A stretch of DNA of 64,000 nt from the NCBI RefSeq assembly GCF_021869535.1, contig NW_026262712.1, positions 50,902,001-50,966,000 on the forward strand, in the 5' to 3' direction. Below the pieces are notes generated by a model that saw nothing but the letters and a program-made list of their open reading frames with translations, searched no databases and had not been told where the DNA came from. Source of the stretch: Mytilus californianus (lineage: Eukaryota). Every line of letters begins with the position of its first letter. Position 1 is the stretch's first letter. A program made the position numbers and the translations under genes. This document shows positions 11,401 through 23,823 of the stretch, in pieces.

Positions 11401-14400
11401 TGGTGGTGAAATCTGATTCTCTAATGATTTTTAAACGATATAAAGACAATATTTATCCTTCTTTCCAAACGACCTACAAAAAGATGTGTTCTTTCTACGT
11501 GACGTCACAAGGCATGGTCGGTTTTTTTTCATGACGTCACAATAAGAATTTCAGAGAAAAGCAAGAATATTTGATGTCATAATCGAATTTTGACCAACGA
11601 AGAACTGAGATCAAACGAGCCACACATTGATTAAATAAAAGTAATCAAAAGATCATGGAAGGCATAAATCGAGTAAGAATTAGAGAAATTTGTATATCTG
11701 TTAGATTCACGCATGTGCATGATGATGAGGAAATGGTGATAGCTGAGTCATTTTCAACTTGATAAGCACTAGCTATATCAATTCTAACAACTTTAAATAT
11801 ATTTCCATTCCATGGAGTACAATATCACAAACCATAAAATTGTATTATCAGTGTTATTGCATCAGTGTTGACTGCAGCGAATTCAGACTTTAGGAGAGAT
11901 GATGTGGCTCTTCCAATTTACATCCTGAATTATATAACATAATAGTAGTTGTATAAAAATGAGGGAGTTTGGTATGATTGCCAATGACATAATTTTCCAC
12001 CAGAGTTTAAATGAAGTGGATGTCAAAATGAAATATAGGCAACCATACGACCTTTAACAATGAGAAAAAAAATCGTACCGTATAATCGGCTATAAAAGGC
12101 CCCGACATGAAAAATGTGAAACAATCCAAATAAGAAAACCAATGGTCTAATTTATAACAAATTACGAAAAACAAACTTGACAAAAATGAACCAGACAAAC
12201 ATGAACCAACGAAACCCACTAAAATTTGATTTTTTAACAATATCAGAACGGTTATGAAATCGCATTAAAACACTTTTAATGAAAGATAATTACGATACAT
12301 AAACTATTTTTGAATTGATAAGTACAACAGTAGTATACCGCTGTTCAATAGTCATATATCGATTAAGCGAAAATAAATCCGAGTAACAAACCAAAACCGA
12401 GGGAAACACATCAACTATACGATGAAAACAGCGGAATAACAGAAACACTGAACTGCTTCGAAAACAAACGACAACATTTTTGGAAACCGACTATTTGATA
12501 ACAACTGCCATATTCCTGACTTGGTACAGTGAATTGAAATATTCTTGCTTCATAATGGGGGTATTTTTTGTGCTATTACTCCATCTCGTTTCTTTATTCA
12601 TAAATAAATTTGAGGCAGTTGTCTGCATGAAGTTACGACAAATCGTCAAACACTTCTTCAAAAAATGAATATCTGAAAAAAGTTGATTCTAGTAGTTGAA
12701 GTTACAGAGATAAATATATTTACTCCTACACAAAACTTAACCGTTTAATAGAAGAGAAGCTATAATCAAAATCATTGAATCATGAAATATTGATTACATG
12801 ACCTATTCTACTTGAGATATGAACTTTTTTGTAATGTGTTTATTGCAAAAAAAAATATCCATATCATATACAATTCTCAACAGATCAAGGTTTTCAGTCA
12901 GTATCAACAAATGAAAAGGTAAGACGAGCAGATCTCAAAGATATATTCTTTTCTAGAGATAAATCATTTGACAAAATTTTAAATCAATATTGATATTTTA
13001 AATGATAAACCTAGAAAGTCTGGATTGGGAGAATATATCTACGTAACGTAAAGTATAATAGTTTTAATTAATCAATTTATTCTTATTTTGGGGTCATACA
13101 TTCGCCTCTTTATTAAAACAGTTGTCTGAGGATGGGTTTTTTTTCAGTTGCGGATCATTCAGTTAGATACTCATGCTAAAAAGATATAATTGCTTTTTAT
13201 GCTAAATAAATGAATCTTGAGAATCGCTGTATCGCTAGGCTTATTTTATGTATTTTACATGTTTAAAGCAGGCAATGACGTCATATTCAGTGGTGGTATG
13301 CACGCAAAGTCTCCAGTCAATTGAGGCGGCAGTTTTCCAGCAAGTTTCCGACTTCGAACATTTCGGAAATCTTTTAAAACTCGTAAACAAGAACTTATCT
13401 ATTTTTGTTTTGCCTGACATATTCATTTATGGCTCATTTCAAAGAAACAGTATTGATCTCTCGAACAGTGTAAAGTTAGAGAAGCTTCAAACAAAACCGT
13501 TTATGAAAAAAATTTACTCGAAACTATCACCTCTTATTTTTTTAGTCCATCGTCAATCCCATGTTTAAAGAGAGACAAATCGGCCTCACTTATCAATGAA
13601 TGATCAGAAAGGTGTACAATGGGGATATTCATTAAAAAAAGGAATAATGTGCAAACATGTCTTCATCAAGCAGAAATACAAGCTTGTTGATAATAGAAAT
13701 ATCATATGAAAATTCAAAAAGAGTACGATTTTTCTGTCTTAAAGTTATATAAAACTTCAAATTAAAAAAAAAAGGATACATATGTTTTTTATTACTAAAT
13801 GGCTAGTTTTTATTATAAAACTTATATACATAATCTTTTTTGAAGAAAATTCTTTAATTTGTCCAAATTTAGAAGAAATTTACTTTCTTTTAATTGTTAG
13901 CTTCCAGCCAACAATTCGCCGACATGTCTTCCGTATGCAGTTACCTCAGCATGACCTTTCTCGTAAAATTTCGGAGATGGCAATACGCAAGTGCGAAGGG
14001 GAAAACCAAATTGGCAGAGAGAGTCAACAAACGTAAACATCGCTCCGTCATCCAAATAAACTGTATATATATATCTTATTGTACATGTTAAACACGTGCT
14101 TACCTGAATATTCATGCTTCTTTGTTGATTGTTTACAAAGGTGACAATCGGTAAACTTCGGTTTCAAAACACGACCATTAATTAGCTGCCATATTTTCAC
14201 AACAACACTGACCAAGTGAAATATTTTTTTTTGACAATAATACGATATGGATACGTAAAAAATGATAAAATCGTGCACAGAAGAATAAGTTTATGATATA
14301 TCCATGCATTGGTTCAAGAATTGGATTAACATTATGTTTCACCAGTCACTTGTTTCATATGACTTTAAATGTATCTTTGAAACAATAATGATATAAATAA

Positions 14401-17400
14401 AAAAAAAATACCAATTAATGAGTTGCATATCTTAGTCAATTAAACAATTTCTTGGTAACTTAAATAGCTGAAGTGATACTAAAGATGCAAAGTTTCCTTG
14501 TTTGCATCTTGGACTATAGTGAAATAGTCATTACAATATAAGCTTTTGTGCTGCAATTGCCGCTACCCGTCTCGGCAAAGAAAAAAAGGAACAATTTCCA
14601 GTACGCTGCAACTATTATAATAAAAAAAAAACCGCAAAACCGAGATACAAATACTACCCATTTTATATATGTTTCTCCTAAAACCAATCGCATGAAGAAA
14701 TATTTAAAGTCAGACCAACAATATGAATAATAGATGTGGATTACATACGTAAATGCTGGAGATAAAATCCATCAACACAATAACTCAAAAGCATGACATC
14801 TATTCTACAATTGTGGAAAAGGATCTAATTACCAGTTGTCGATTTTAGTCTATTTTCCTCAGGAGCACAAATGTGATTGTCAATTAAGTCCATATAGTGT
14901 AAACATGCGCGAGTGAAACGTATTATTTGAGCCAGCCCCTATACGCTACACGATGGGACAGAAGGTACCGGTATGTTACTTTTCGGAAATGGAATGTTGA
15001 CAATTCGAAATGTGAAAGTTTCAATATCTTCAACTTTGATTCCTTCACCAACCGCGTTGCAATTTTAAGACGTCTTGGTCTTTTATCATATTACGTTTTA
15101 TCTGACTGCATTATGATCATACTCCTCAATTGGTTGAAGCATTTTTTACTCATCTTTTCTTTTAATTTTAAATCGAGAATGGAAATGGGGAATGTGTCAA
15201 AGAGACAACAACCCAACAAAAGCAGAAAACAGCCGAAGACCACAAATGGGTCTTCAACACAGCGAGAATATCCCGCACCCAGAGGCGGGCTTCAGCAGGC
15301 CCTAAAAATGTGTATTAGTTCAGTGAAAATTGACGCCACACTAAACTCCAAAACATATTGATGAAGAAAACATCATATTGTGGTGCCTTTCTTTTTAATG
15401 CTACGGCAAATTGAAAGTACCCCTTTTTTACAGAGTTTCCCATTTTTCATCAATTTTTACCTATTTTGGGCTATTATCATGAACAAAATCACAGTTTCAC
15501 AATTAAATTTTTTTCAGACTTTCACTTAAGATGGAGTGGACCAATCGGAATAAATTTAACTTAAAAAAAAATATACATGGGTGTTAATATTAGAAAGTTA
15601 TAAAATTTTGTTCATATCATTTCAAATTCTCTGTCATAAATGATAGAAAAAAACTAAGAATTATTAAAAGAAAAATTGAAATGGGATGTACATATTTTAG
15701 TAGAATAATTTCTTTGTACCATTACCCATTTCTTTTCAATCTTGTCTGATGACACTGACCGAATTGGTTTTAAAATTTTAAAATTTTATTTCTCAAAAAC
15801 TACTTATTGTAAGTATACAATATTTCACAGAGTTTAGTTTGATTGTAATATTTTTCAATTCATTAATATTTTCCACTTGTATCACATGTTTTGGAAATAA
15901 TTCCCGAACGAGATTTCAACGAGACTAAAACATCAGAAAATAACATCCTAAGTCGTGGTATAATGGCTGCATGAATTAAGAATCTATGACTATATGGCTA
16001 CAATATTCCCCACCGAAGGCCTCTTTTATTCTTTTGTATACGTTGACATGGTTAATACAAACATTGATCATGGGACCGTTTAAATTCCTCGTAGCTTATT
16101 GGCTGTTTACACCATCTTATACATTTAGAGGTTAATTGGTAAGATTGTTTTATTATCAGAATGTTATACTATGCAAAAATTCTTGTTAAAAAAATAAGTA
16201 TATTCCACAATTGATTTTATATTTAATCTTCTACGGAGGCAAAACTCTGACTTGGACAAGTTTCTTCTGTTAACAAAACTGTTTTTTTTGTCAACAACGA
16301 CTTGACTTTGATAATCTATGATACCTATTGAGATTGATTGAGTGATTGTTACATGATTAACGTCATGTGGCAAATATTAATACCACAGGAATAAATAACT
16401 TAGCTGTATTTGGCAAAACCTTCCAGAATTGGGTCCTTTTTTACTGTTTTGATTGGAGCGTCACTGATGAGTCTTTTGTAGACGAAAAACTTGTAATCCT
16501 GGTATCTATGATTAGATTATTTAAGATGATCGTATTGATGTTTTATGTGCAAATTTTTAAAAGTGACAAAACAAAACACTTTTCTACCGTGTAAAATTCC
16601 AGAAGTAAGTCAGTTTCTACTTTCTTGCCAAAAAGACGGGAAGTAACATAATGTTTTCCACTCTACCATTTTTGAAGGTGGGGTGGGGAATACCTCATTT
16701 CCCCCTGCCGGCTTCTATGCCATGTTTCGGAGTGAAAAAAAAGGTATAGTATACATAAAGTCTAAGCTGAAATGAAATTATTTTTTTCTCTCTTTCTCTC
16801 AATATCTCCATGTTATTAACTTTATGTAAATATTCAGTAATTGATTCACTGACATGTACAAATGCATGCCCTCCACGGGCCCAAATTGTTTAAATAAAGA
16901 TATAATATATTTATCAAACGCGTCAAGTACTTTAGGTTAAAGTTTAAGGATCAATCAACCTACATTTTATGCTTCTTTTGTTCAAAGAAAAAAATCTGTT
17001 TATTTCTTTATCATTTAAGATTAGGAATATTGAAGATGTAGACATCCATTGTGACATACAATTCATAATTTAGACGGGTGCCACATGTGGAGCAGGAGTT
17101 GTTTACCCTTCCGGAGCACCTGAGATCACCCCCAGTTATTATGGGGTTCGTGTTGCTTAGCCTTTTGTTTTCTATGTTGTGTTTTGTATACTATTGTTTG
17201 TCAGTTGGTCCTTTTCTTTTTTAGCCATGGCGTTGTCAGTTTATTTTCGACTCTTGTGTTTGAATGTCACTCTGATACCTTTCGCCTCTCATATATTGCA
17301 TGGTTCACTGTATCTATTGCAGCAAAATCAACTCGCTTATAATATGTTGAATGTCTGACTTTCAAAATTTCGGTTTTCGGAAAATCCATTGAGCCATAAA

Positions 17401-17745
17401 CTATATTTTAGTTTCAGTTTCCAAACTTGGTTTTATTATGCCCATTGGAAGAGAACAATCACTATACTGACTTGGTCCAATATAATAAAGGTCTAGGAAA
17501 ATTATCTTTTACAATGTCTAAAGTGCATTTTATACAAAATCAAGACAAGAAAGTTGTATATTCATACAGTTTTGTTCGTATTTCAATTGTAAATAATCCA
17601 AACAAAGTTAATTGTTTAAGTCGAAAAAAACAGATTCATATTTTTTTACTTGCTTAATTTATAAAATAAAATCTCATAAAGTATTTTAAGTATTCTTTAT
17701 CTTTTCACTTCGAATTATTACTTGACTGTGGTCCTTCTCTACCAG

Positions 17746-17978
17746 GTAAGGAAAATTTCTGACCAGTTGAATGGTATGGTTTGATGAAACACATTGCAGT
17801 TCAATCATACTTTTGAATGAATAGAGCAGCACAATCAATCCAGGGTACAAATATCTATCAAGTGATGACGGTATTTTTTTCCCCTTACGGACTGCGATTA
17901 ACGATTGTAATAAACTATACTGGTTTAACTTACTTGTGACATTTTCCCTAATATATCAATTTTTTTATTTAATTTCAG
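17746..17978 (+). other. 233-nt intron in the 5' UTR of the intact TRIM-like gene (equivalents 6676..6907 and 32208..32447)
   Basis: CCAG|GTAAGG donor at 17746 and pyrimidine tract + TTTCAG acceptor 13 nt before the ATG, conserved in three copies. Confidence 0.7.
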
Positions 17979-17991
17979 GAAAACGTGGCAC

Positions 17992-19710
17992 ATGGCTACA
18001 TCTGCAAGTGCTCCCTGTGACGTTTGTGCTGGGCAGTCCATATCAAAACAAGCTGTCAAATGGTGTCCAGAATGTGAAGAAGCCTATTGTTCGGAATGTA
18101 TTAAACACCATGGTATTGCCAAGGCAACAAAAGATCATCAAGTCATTGCTGTAGAAAATTACTTGAAACTACCGTCTTTTGTATTAGAAACCAAGCATCA
18201 TTGTGAAAAACATGGATCACGTTTCCAAAATTACTGTCGTAGTCACGAGAGTCCCTGTTGCAAACGATGCATCGACACAGATCATAAGAAATGTTTCGAT
18301 TTGCCACCTCTTGATGATGTCATCAAGGACGCAAAATCATCAGTCGCGTTCGCAGATATTGAGGAACGTCTTTATAGTCTGAAGAAATTCTTTTCTGAAC
18401 TGATTAAAGAAAAAGAAGGAAACTTAAATGAAATAAAACTTCAACGTAAGACGATCGAGAAACAAATCAGAAAAATACGACTGGACATTAATCAGCGTAT
18501 CGATTTCTTAGAGAGGCAAATTGTGCACAAACTGTCCAACCAAGAGGATCGCCATCAAAAAAATATCGAAAAATTGTCAACGCAGTTAAAGGAACAATAC
18601 ACTCGAATAGAGAGCCTACTTGAAACCATTATATCAATTAAGCAGTATGCCTCTAATTTGCAGACTTTCTTGAGCACGGAAGAAGTGGACAGAGAGTTAT
18701 ACAAGAATGAAAAAGAAGTTGAAGTTTTATGCGAAGATGGCAGTTTGGATAGACCCAGTATATCATTTGTAATGGACGAAAAACTGGGAAATATCATTGG
18801 AGACTTTGAATCTTTTGGAGAAATATCAAGTACATATAAACAGACGAAAATCATTCATGAGAAGTCAAAAGTGAATCAAGCACAAAAAGTAAGCGGTCCA
18901 TGCAAACATGTTGACAGTATGCAACTGTTACTTGAAAAGAAGGTAGTGGTTCCTAGACCAGGTAAAAGTGAATTTGGTTTAGTAACGGGATTTGTAGTAT
19001 TTCAAAACAAAAACTTTCTATTTTCCTATTGTGATACCTTATTAAGTAACAATAGTTGTTTAAGTTTGCTTGACGAGAATGGCAGCAAAATATTTGATTT
19101 GAAACCTGACAAAATTGGAATTTCACCTTGTGACATTGCTGTAATCAATGAGACAACAGTAGCGATAACAACACCAAAGTCTTCCAAATCAATTGTTATC
19201 TTCAATATTGAAACCAGAAAGGTTTCCAAAGTGATAGACGCTAAATACGGCTGCTTTGGTATATCATTTTCCGAAAGTACTCTGATCTACAGTTGTGGAG
19301 AAGGAGGTTTAGAAATGAGATCATTGGACACAGGAAATGTTTATCCTTTGAAATTTGGAAGTTATACTTCCAATGAGTATGTCACTGTATTCAAGAATAA
19401 AATTTATAGTACCGATAGCTCGAGTGACATGGTAACCTGTTATGACATGAAAGGAAAAGTCCATTGGAGATGGCAAAATCGTGACGAAATTAAGAAAATG
19501 CGCGGAGTTGCCGTTGATAACAACTCAAATGTTTATGTTGCGGGTGTCAACTCAGGTCGCATTGCGATTATTTCACCCGACGGCAAAGTATTCAAATCTT
19601 TTAAACCAGAAGGTATAAAAATGCCAAGAACACTGTTTTATGATAAAAGGACGAATAAACTTCTGATTTGCGAACAAAATGGAGATGGAGGGATGTATTC
19701 CGTCTACTAA
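17992..19710 (+). CDS. RING-less TRIM-like protein: B-box1, B-box2, coiled coil, C-terminal NHL/beta-propeller (572 aa, single coding exon)
   Basis: CDVC..CPECEEAYCSECIKHH; CEKH..YCRSHESPCCKRCIDTDH; heptad-rich 120-260; propeller repeats PCDIAVINE, RGVAVDNNSNVYVAG, PRTLFYDKRTNKLLIC. Family known to be massively expanded in bivalves. Confidence 0.95.
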   Translation: MATSASAPCDVCAGQSISKQAVKWCPECEEAYCSECIKHHGIAKATKDHQVIAVENYLKLPSFVLETKHHCEKHGSRFQNYCRSHESPCCKRCIDTDHKKCFDLPPLDDVIKDAKSSVAFADIEERLYSLKKFFSELIKEKEGNLNEIKLQRKTIEKQIRKIRLDINQRIDFLERQIVHKLSNQEDRHQKNIEKLSTQLKEQYTRIESLLETIISIKQYASNLQTFLSTEEVDRELYKNEKEVEVLCEDGSLDRPSISFVMDEKLGNIIGDFESFGEISSTYKQTKIIHEKSKVNQAQKVSGPCKHVDSMQLLLEKKVVVPRPGKSEFGLVTGFVVFQNKNFLFSYCDTLLSNNSCLSLLDENGSKIFDLKPDKIGISPCDIAVINETTVAITTPKSSKSIVIFNIETRKVSKVIDAKYGCFGISFSESTLIYSCGEGGLEMRSLDTGNVYPLKFGSYTSNEYVTVFKNKIYSTDSSSDMVTCYDMKGKVHWRWQNRDEIKKMRGVAVDNNSNVYVAGVNSGRIAIISPDGKVFKSFKPEGIKMPRTLFYDKRTNKLLICEQNGDGGMYSVY

Positions 19711-20410
19711 AGTTACCATCATGTTATTGTTTATTTTGTCAAATAATGTTCATGTAATACTTTAATATATAGAATATAATATAGAGGTGACTACTGCTTC
19801 GTACATCCAAAAGGTAGCATCACACACAAAATAGAAACAATAAATATACCAAAAACAACTTTGTTACAAAGAAACCAAAACGTCGCCAAACTTCTAAAGA
19901 TGATGCAATTCTAAGACGATAAAAAAAAAAGAAAAGGCAGACTAGTTCACTACTCATCACAAACATATACGTTCGTGTCAATTCACACAATACTGAAAAC
20001 TTATATTTGGGGCAAAACGAATTCTTCTAACAAAAGTATACGAATAAGGAGATGGGGTAAGATTGCCAATGAGACAACTATCCACAATAGTCCAAGTGAC
20101 GTGAATGCAAGCAAATATAGTTCACCGTACAGACCTCAGCAATGTGTAAAACCCATACTTTAAAATGCCCTGACATGACAACGTGTGAAATAATTGAAAC
20201 GAGAAAAACAACGGTCCCATTTCTGCCGAATCAATAAACGATAAACAAATATGACGGACACAAAACAACGACAACCACATTGAATTACAGGCTCCTGATT
20301 TTAAGCACTTAAAGAATGTGGCGGTGTTTCACATGTTTGTGTCAAAATCCTAGGTAGGTATAGACAAATGTTTTCATTTTCATCAAATAAAATACAAAAT
20401 TTATTAAAAA

Positions 20411-20493
20411 TTTATTTATTTATTTAATAATAAATCAACTCCATTGCTCTAATATGTTGTAAAAGAGTAAAACAAATGTCCGCCAACATTGTT
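20411..20493 (-). pseudogene. Short remnant of hydrolase exon 7, cut by the insertion starting at ~20496
   Basis: AACTCCATTGCTCTAAT..GTAAAA..AAATGTCCGCC matches 36655-36705. Confidence 0.75.
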
Positions 20494-20495
20494 AC

Positions 20496-20738
20496 GAAGG
20501 AGATGTACACACTTAATAAACAGTAAATAGGGAGATAACTCTTACAAAGAAAAGTGTTCGGCTTAGAATGGGTGAAAATAAAAAGCGCATAAACTGTATG
20601 ATACTATTTAAGAAATATCTTAGCGACATATTGCGAAACAAAAATTTTACGCGAGAACAAAATTTGGCGGAAGAAAAAAAAATAATAATCAGAACCAATA
20701 CAGTAGGTCTTTCCACAGAAAAGTGGAAAGACCTAAAT
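20496..20738 (+). mobile_element. 3' end of a Helentron/HINE-like element; related longer copy at 22330..22975 with a doubled terminal hairpin
   Basis: Stem-loop TAGGTCTTTCCAC-AGAAAA-GTGGAAAGACCTA at ~20704-20735, ~22885-22918 and ~22940-22972. GACCTTGACC motifs at 22442-22465. Class assignment is inference. Confidence 0.6.
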
Positions 20739-20824
20739 ATAAATCAATTGTTTTTAAAACAATTGTTTACGGTCTTTCCTTTCCGAAACATGACAGATTA
20801 ATTGATTTTTTTTATTGACTAATT

Positions 20825-21257
20825 AAACACATGGGACCGAGCCACTAGGAACAAGCGAAAAAGGAATTGAGAGCCTAGTTCCCGTGTTTAAACACTTGAG
20901 ACCTTGCCTCTAGGAACACACGAAAAAGCAATTAAGAGTCTAGTTCCCGTGTTTAAACACTTGAGACCTAGCCTCTAGCTCTAGGAACACGCGAAAAAGG
21001 AATTGATAGTCTGGTTTCCGTGTTCAAACACTTGAGACCTAGCCTCTATGAACACGCGAAAAAGGAATTGAGAGTCTTGTTCCCGTGTTTAAACACTTGG
21101 GACCTAGACTCTAGGAACACGCGAAAAAGGGGTTGAGAGCCTTGTTCCCGTGTTTGAACACTTGGGACCTAGCCTCTAGGAACACGCGAAAAAGGGGTTG
21201 AGAGCCTTGTTCCCGTGTTTGAACACTTGGAACCTAGCCTCTAGGAACACGCGAAAA
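20825..21257 (+). repeat. Tandem array, 65-bp monomer x ~6.5
   Basis: CTAGGAAC starts at 20845, 20910, 20981, 21046, 21111, 21176 and 21241. One unit carries a 6-bp duplication. Confidence 0.95.
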
Positions 21258-22984
21258 CTGGTCCGTGTAACATGTTTGTTTATATTCAAATTATAATATT
21301 TGTAGGATTTAAACACACCTAAAAAAAATATCCTTGCATCTTCCTTTATAAATGTTCTCTTTTTTAATAGGACTTTCCGGAATTTGTGTCTTATTTACTT
21401 ATTGATCTTATTGTGTGTGCATTGTATTCAGTTTTGTATTTCAAGGAAATCGGACCTGACCTGCATGGATCTTTTGTTTTTTTTTTTTTTTATCTTCGTG
21501 CACATTTTAATTCTTTTCGAAAAGGGGAAACCCCTATTTTATTTTAGGTAGCACGCGGCTGCAGATGGTGTGATTGTAACGTCACCAAGCTGATACACAC
21601 AAAAATTAGTTTGCAGAGGGATTGTCGTCAAGACCAGACCTGTGTATAAAGATTGTGTGCAAACGGATTTAAATCTTCTTTCATTTACAGGTCATTGATG
21701 TCGGATTATGCATGCTTTTTTAGTACACATATTTATGGGAACACAGTTTTATTTTTTAATGCATGTTTAGAAATTTGAATCTAGGATTTTACTACTATTT
21801 ACGAACTTTGGAGCGATTTCTACGTCTTTGATTTTAATTTCTCAATCCAGATTGGAACGTCAAGCGGACTGCACGTGATTTATACTGCTAACGAAAAATA
21901 TATTTTCTCGATTTATTTTACAGGTAAACTATTGTCCAATCGCTGACCACTGGTCGTCATTCATAGCATGCACACAAAATAATGCTGGTGTTATAATACT
22001 TTAACAAAACGTTTATCGATTAATTTTCAGAAATACATGAATTGGAGCAGATTTTTGCAGGAATGGATTTGTATTTCAGAAAGAAATTTATTCATAAAAA
22101 AGAAGGATTAGCATTTTTATAATAAAATAGAAATGGAATTCCAAAAAAAAAGGGGGGAGGGGGCTAGAGGGGTGGTTGTGGGCCTTGGATGATTAACAAA
22201 GATAAATTGCATGTACGCATCATCATAGCTGTAAAGTTTGAAGCTATAATTAGTTAATTTGTTCATTTTTCCATTTCAGTGGCATGGAACCCCCCAAAAA
22301 TGACGCGTACCATTTCGACAAAAACTCTCCAGTTAAATCATGTCGCGACTAACATTTTGATCAAATTTTGTTTTTTAGTTTTACCCCTTAACTTTATTCT
22401 GAGTAAAAGCAGCATGAAGTGAATGTCAAAATTTAGAACATGACCTTGACCTTTGACCTTGACCTCATTTTTTAAGTTGGACCCAAGGACCTCAAATAAA
22501 ACGACTCTAGGTTTATACGCCTTACGGTTTATGAGTTCATATGTATCACTTATATAGAATGCATAAGGGGAAATAACTCTCATATGTAGTCTCCGGATAT
22601 CTTCCGTCAAAATTAATCAAAACATCCTGAGGATATAACTAACAATTTGGTCAAATAAATTTGTCGTAATCTTATACGGTTCGGAAGTTTTAGAAATAAC
22701 AAGGAAAACAGTGTTTTGGGAGATAACTCTTACAAGGAAAAGTATTTTTTACGCGGTGTCAGTTTCAAATGCGTATAAACTGTTCGATATCATATTCCAA
22801 ATATCTAAGCGACATCTTGCAAAACAACAAAACTGCAAAGGAACAAAATTTGGCGGAAGAAAAAAAATAATCAGAACAAAAGCAATAGGTCTTTCCACGG
22901 AAAAGTGGAAAGACCTAATAATAATCAGAACAAATACAATAGGTCTGTCCACAGAAAAGTGTAAAGACCTAATAAATATAAGTA

Positions 22985-23530
22985 CCAATTTAAAATAGGA
23001 TTATCGGATTTGTATTCATCTGGTAAAATATTTTTACCATCAAATAAGTTAAGACGAGGAGAGTCTTCTTCAATTCAATTTGGATTTGTTGCTGTCCTTG
23101 CATTAAAATCTACTATAAGTAGTATTTTACCTTTATTCGAAAAGGAGCATATTTCTTCTTCTAGTGATATCAAATCATATTCATATTGGCTCGATGAAAC
23201 AGGTGGGATATACACCGCACACATAAAAACATCTTGGGAGAACCAAAAGAATAATCTATTTAGTTTAAGCCAAATGCGATTTTTTGAAATAGTTGATTTT
23301 TCTAAGTGTACAATTCCCTTCCAAAAATGTAAATGATGATACCACCACTATGGCGTTTTGCTTTTTTCTTTTTTTCCTGGATTTTGAGATAAAATTAAAC
23401 CCTGGAATTTTAAATTCTGCAGTGTCGCCTTTCCATGTCTCAAGTAGAATATTTAAATCATTATTTAATAAATCGACAAATATTTTTGTCATTAATCTTA
23501 TCCACTAGACTACGGACATTCCAAGATTAT
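22985..23530 (-). mobile_element. Degenerate LINE ORF2 N-terminal AP-endonuclease fragment
   Basis: Across frameshifts it reads SWNVRSL..NILLETW..KIPGFNFISKSRKK..RHSGGIIIY..NRIWLKL..FMCAVYIPP..KILLIVDFNART, which are canonical APE motifs. Confidence 0.8.
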
Positions 23531-23683
23531 ACAATTCCTTGGTATAATAATATAGCTGAAGTGATACCAAAAATTCAAATTTTCTTGCTTTGCACATTAA
23601 GTTATAATGAAATAGTCATTACAATAAAAGCTTTTGTAGTGAAAATTGCCGCTACAAAAAAAAATTCTAGTACGCTGCAACTA

Positions 23684-23823
23684 TTTCGTCCGACGGCAGA
23701 TCATTCAAGTCTTTTAAACCGGAAGGTATCGAAAAGCCAAGAACAATTTATCATGACAAAAGGTCCAATAAGCTTCTCATTTGCGGGCACTTGGGAGATG
23801 CAGGGATATATTCTGTCACCTAA
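23684..23823 (+). pseudogene. TRIM-like copy C: only the last 46 codons remain
   Basis: ISSDGRSFKSFKPEGIEKPRTIYHDKRSNKLLICGHLGDAGIYSVT* matches the C-terminus of the 17992 ORF. It is fused directly to upstream-region sequence (23530-23686). Confidence 0.9.

Larger units (their letters stand above)
12570..20300 (+). repeat. Duplication block B, an older paralog of 2420..8240 and 28250..34900
   Basis: Same ordered upstream blocks, intron and CDS, with visibly lower identity than A versus D. Confidence 0.88.

Noticed and set aside
17700-17992. A RING-domain exon upstream of the B-box ORF
   Set aside because: No C3HC4 pattern found, and the frame upstream of the ATG begins at a splice acceptor 13 nt away; the protein appears RING-less.
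18555-19229. Antisense ORFs overlapping TRIM copies and the TALE gene (also 7419, 33346, 33601, 52162, 53332)
   Set aside because: Shadow frames of real coding sequence.
20825-21257. CRISPR-like appearance of the 65-bp and 69-bp arrays
   Set aside because: No unique spacers, no cas genes, eukaryotic context; these are plain tandem repeats.
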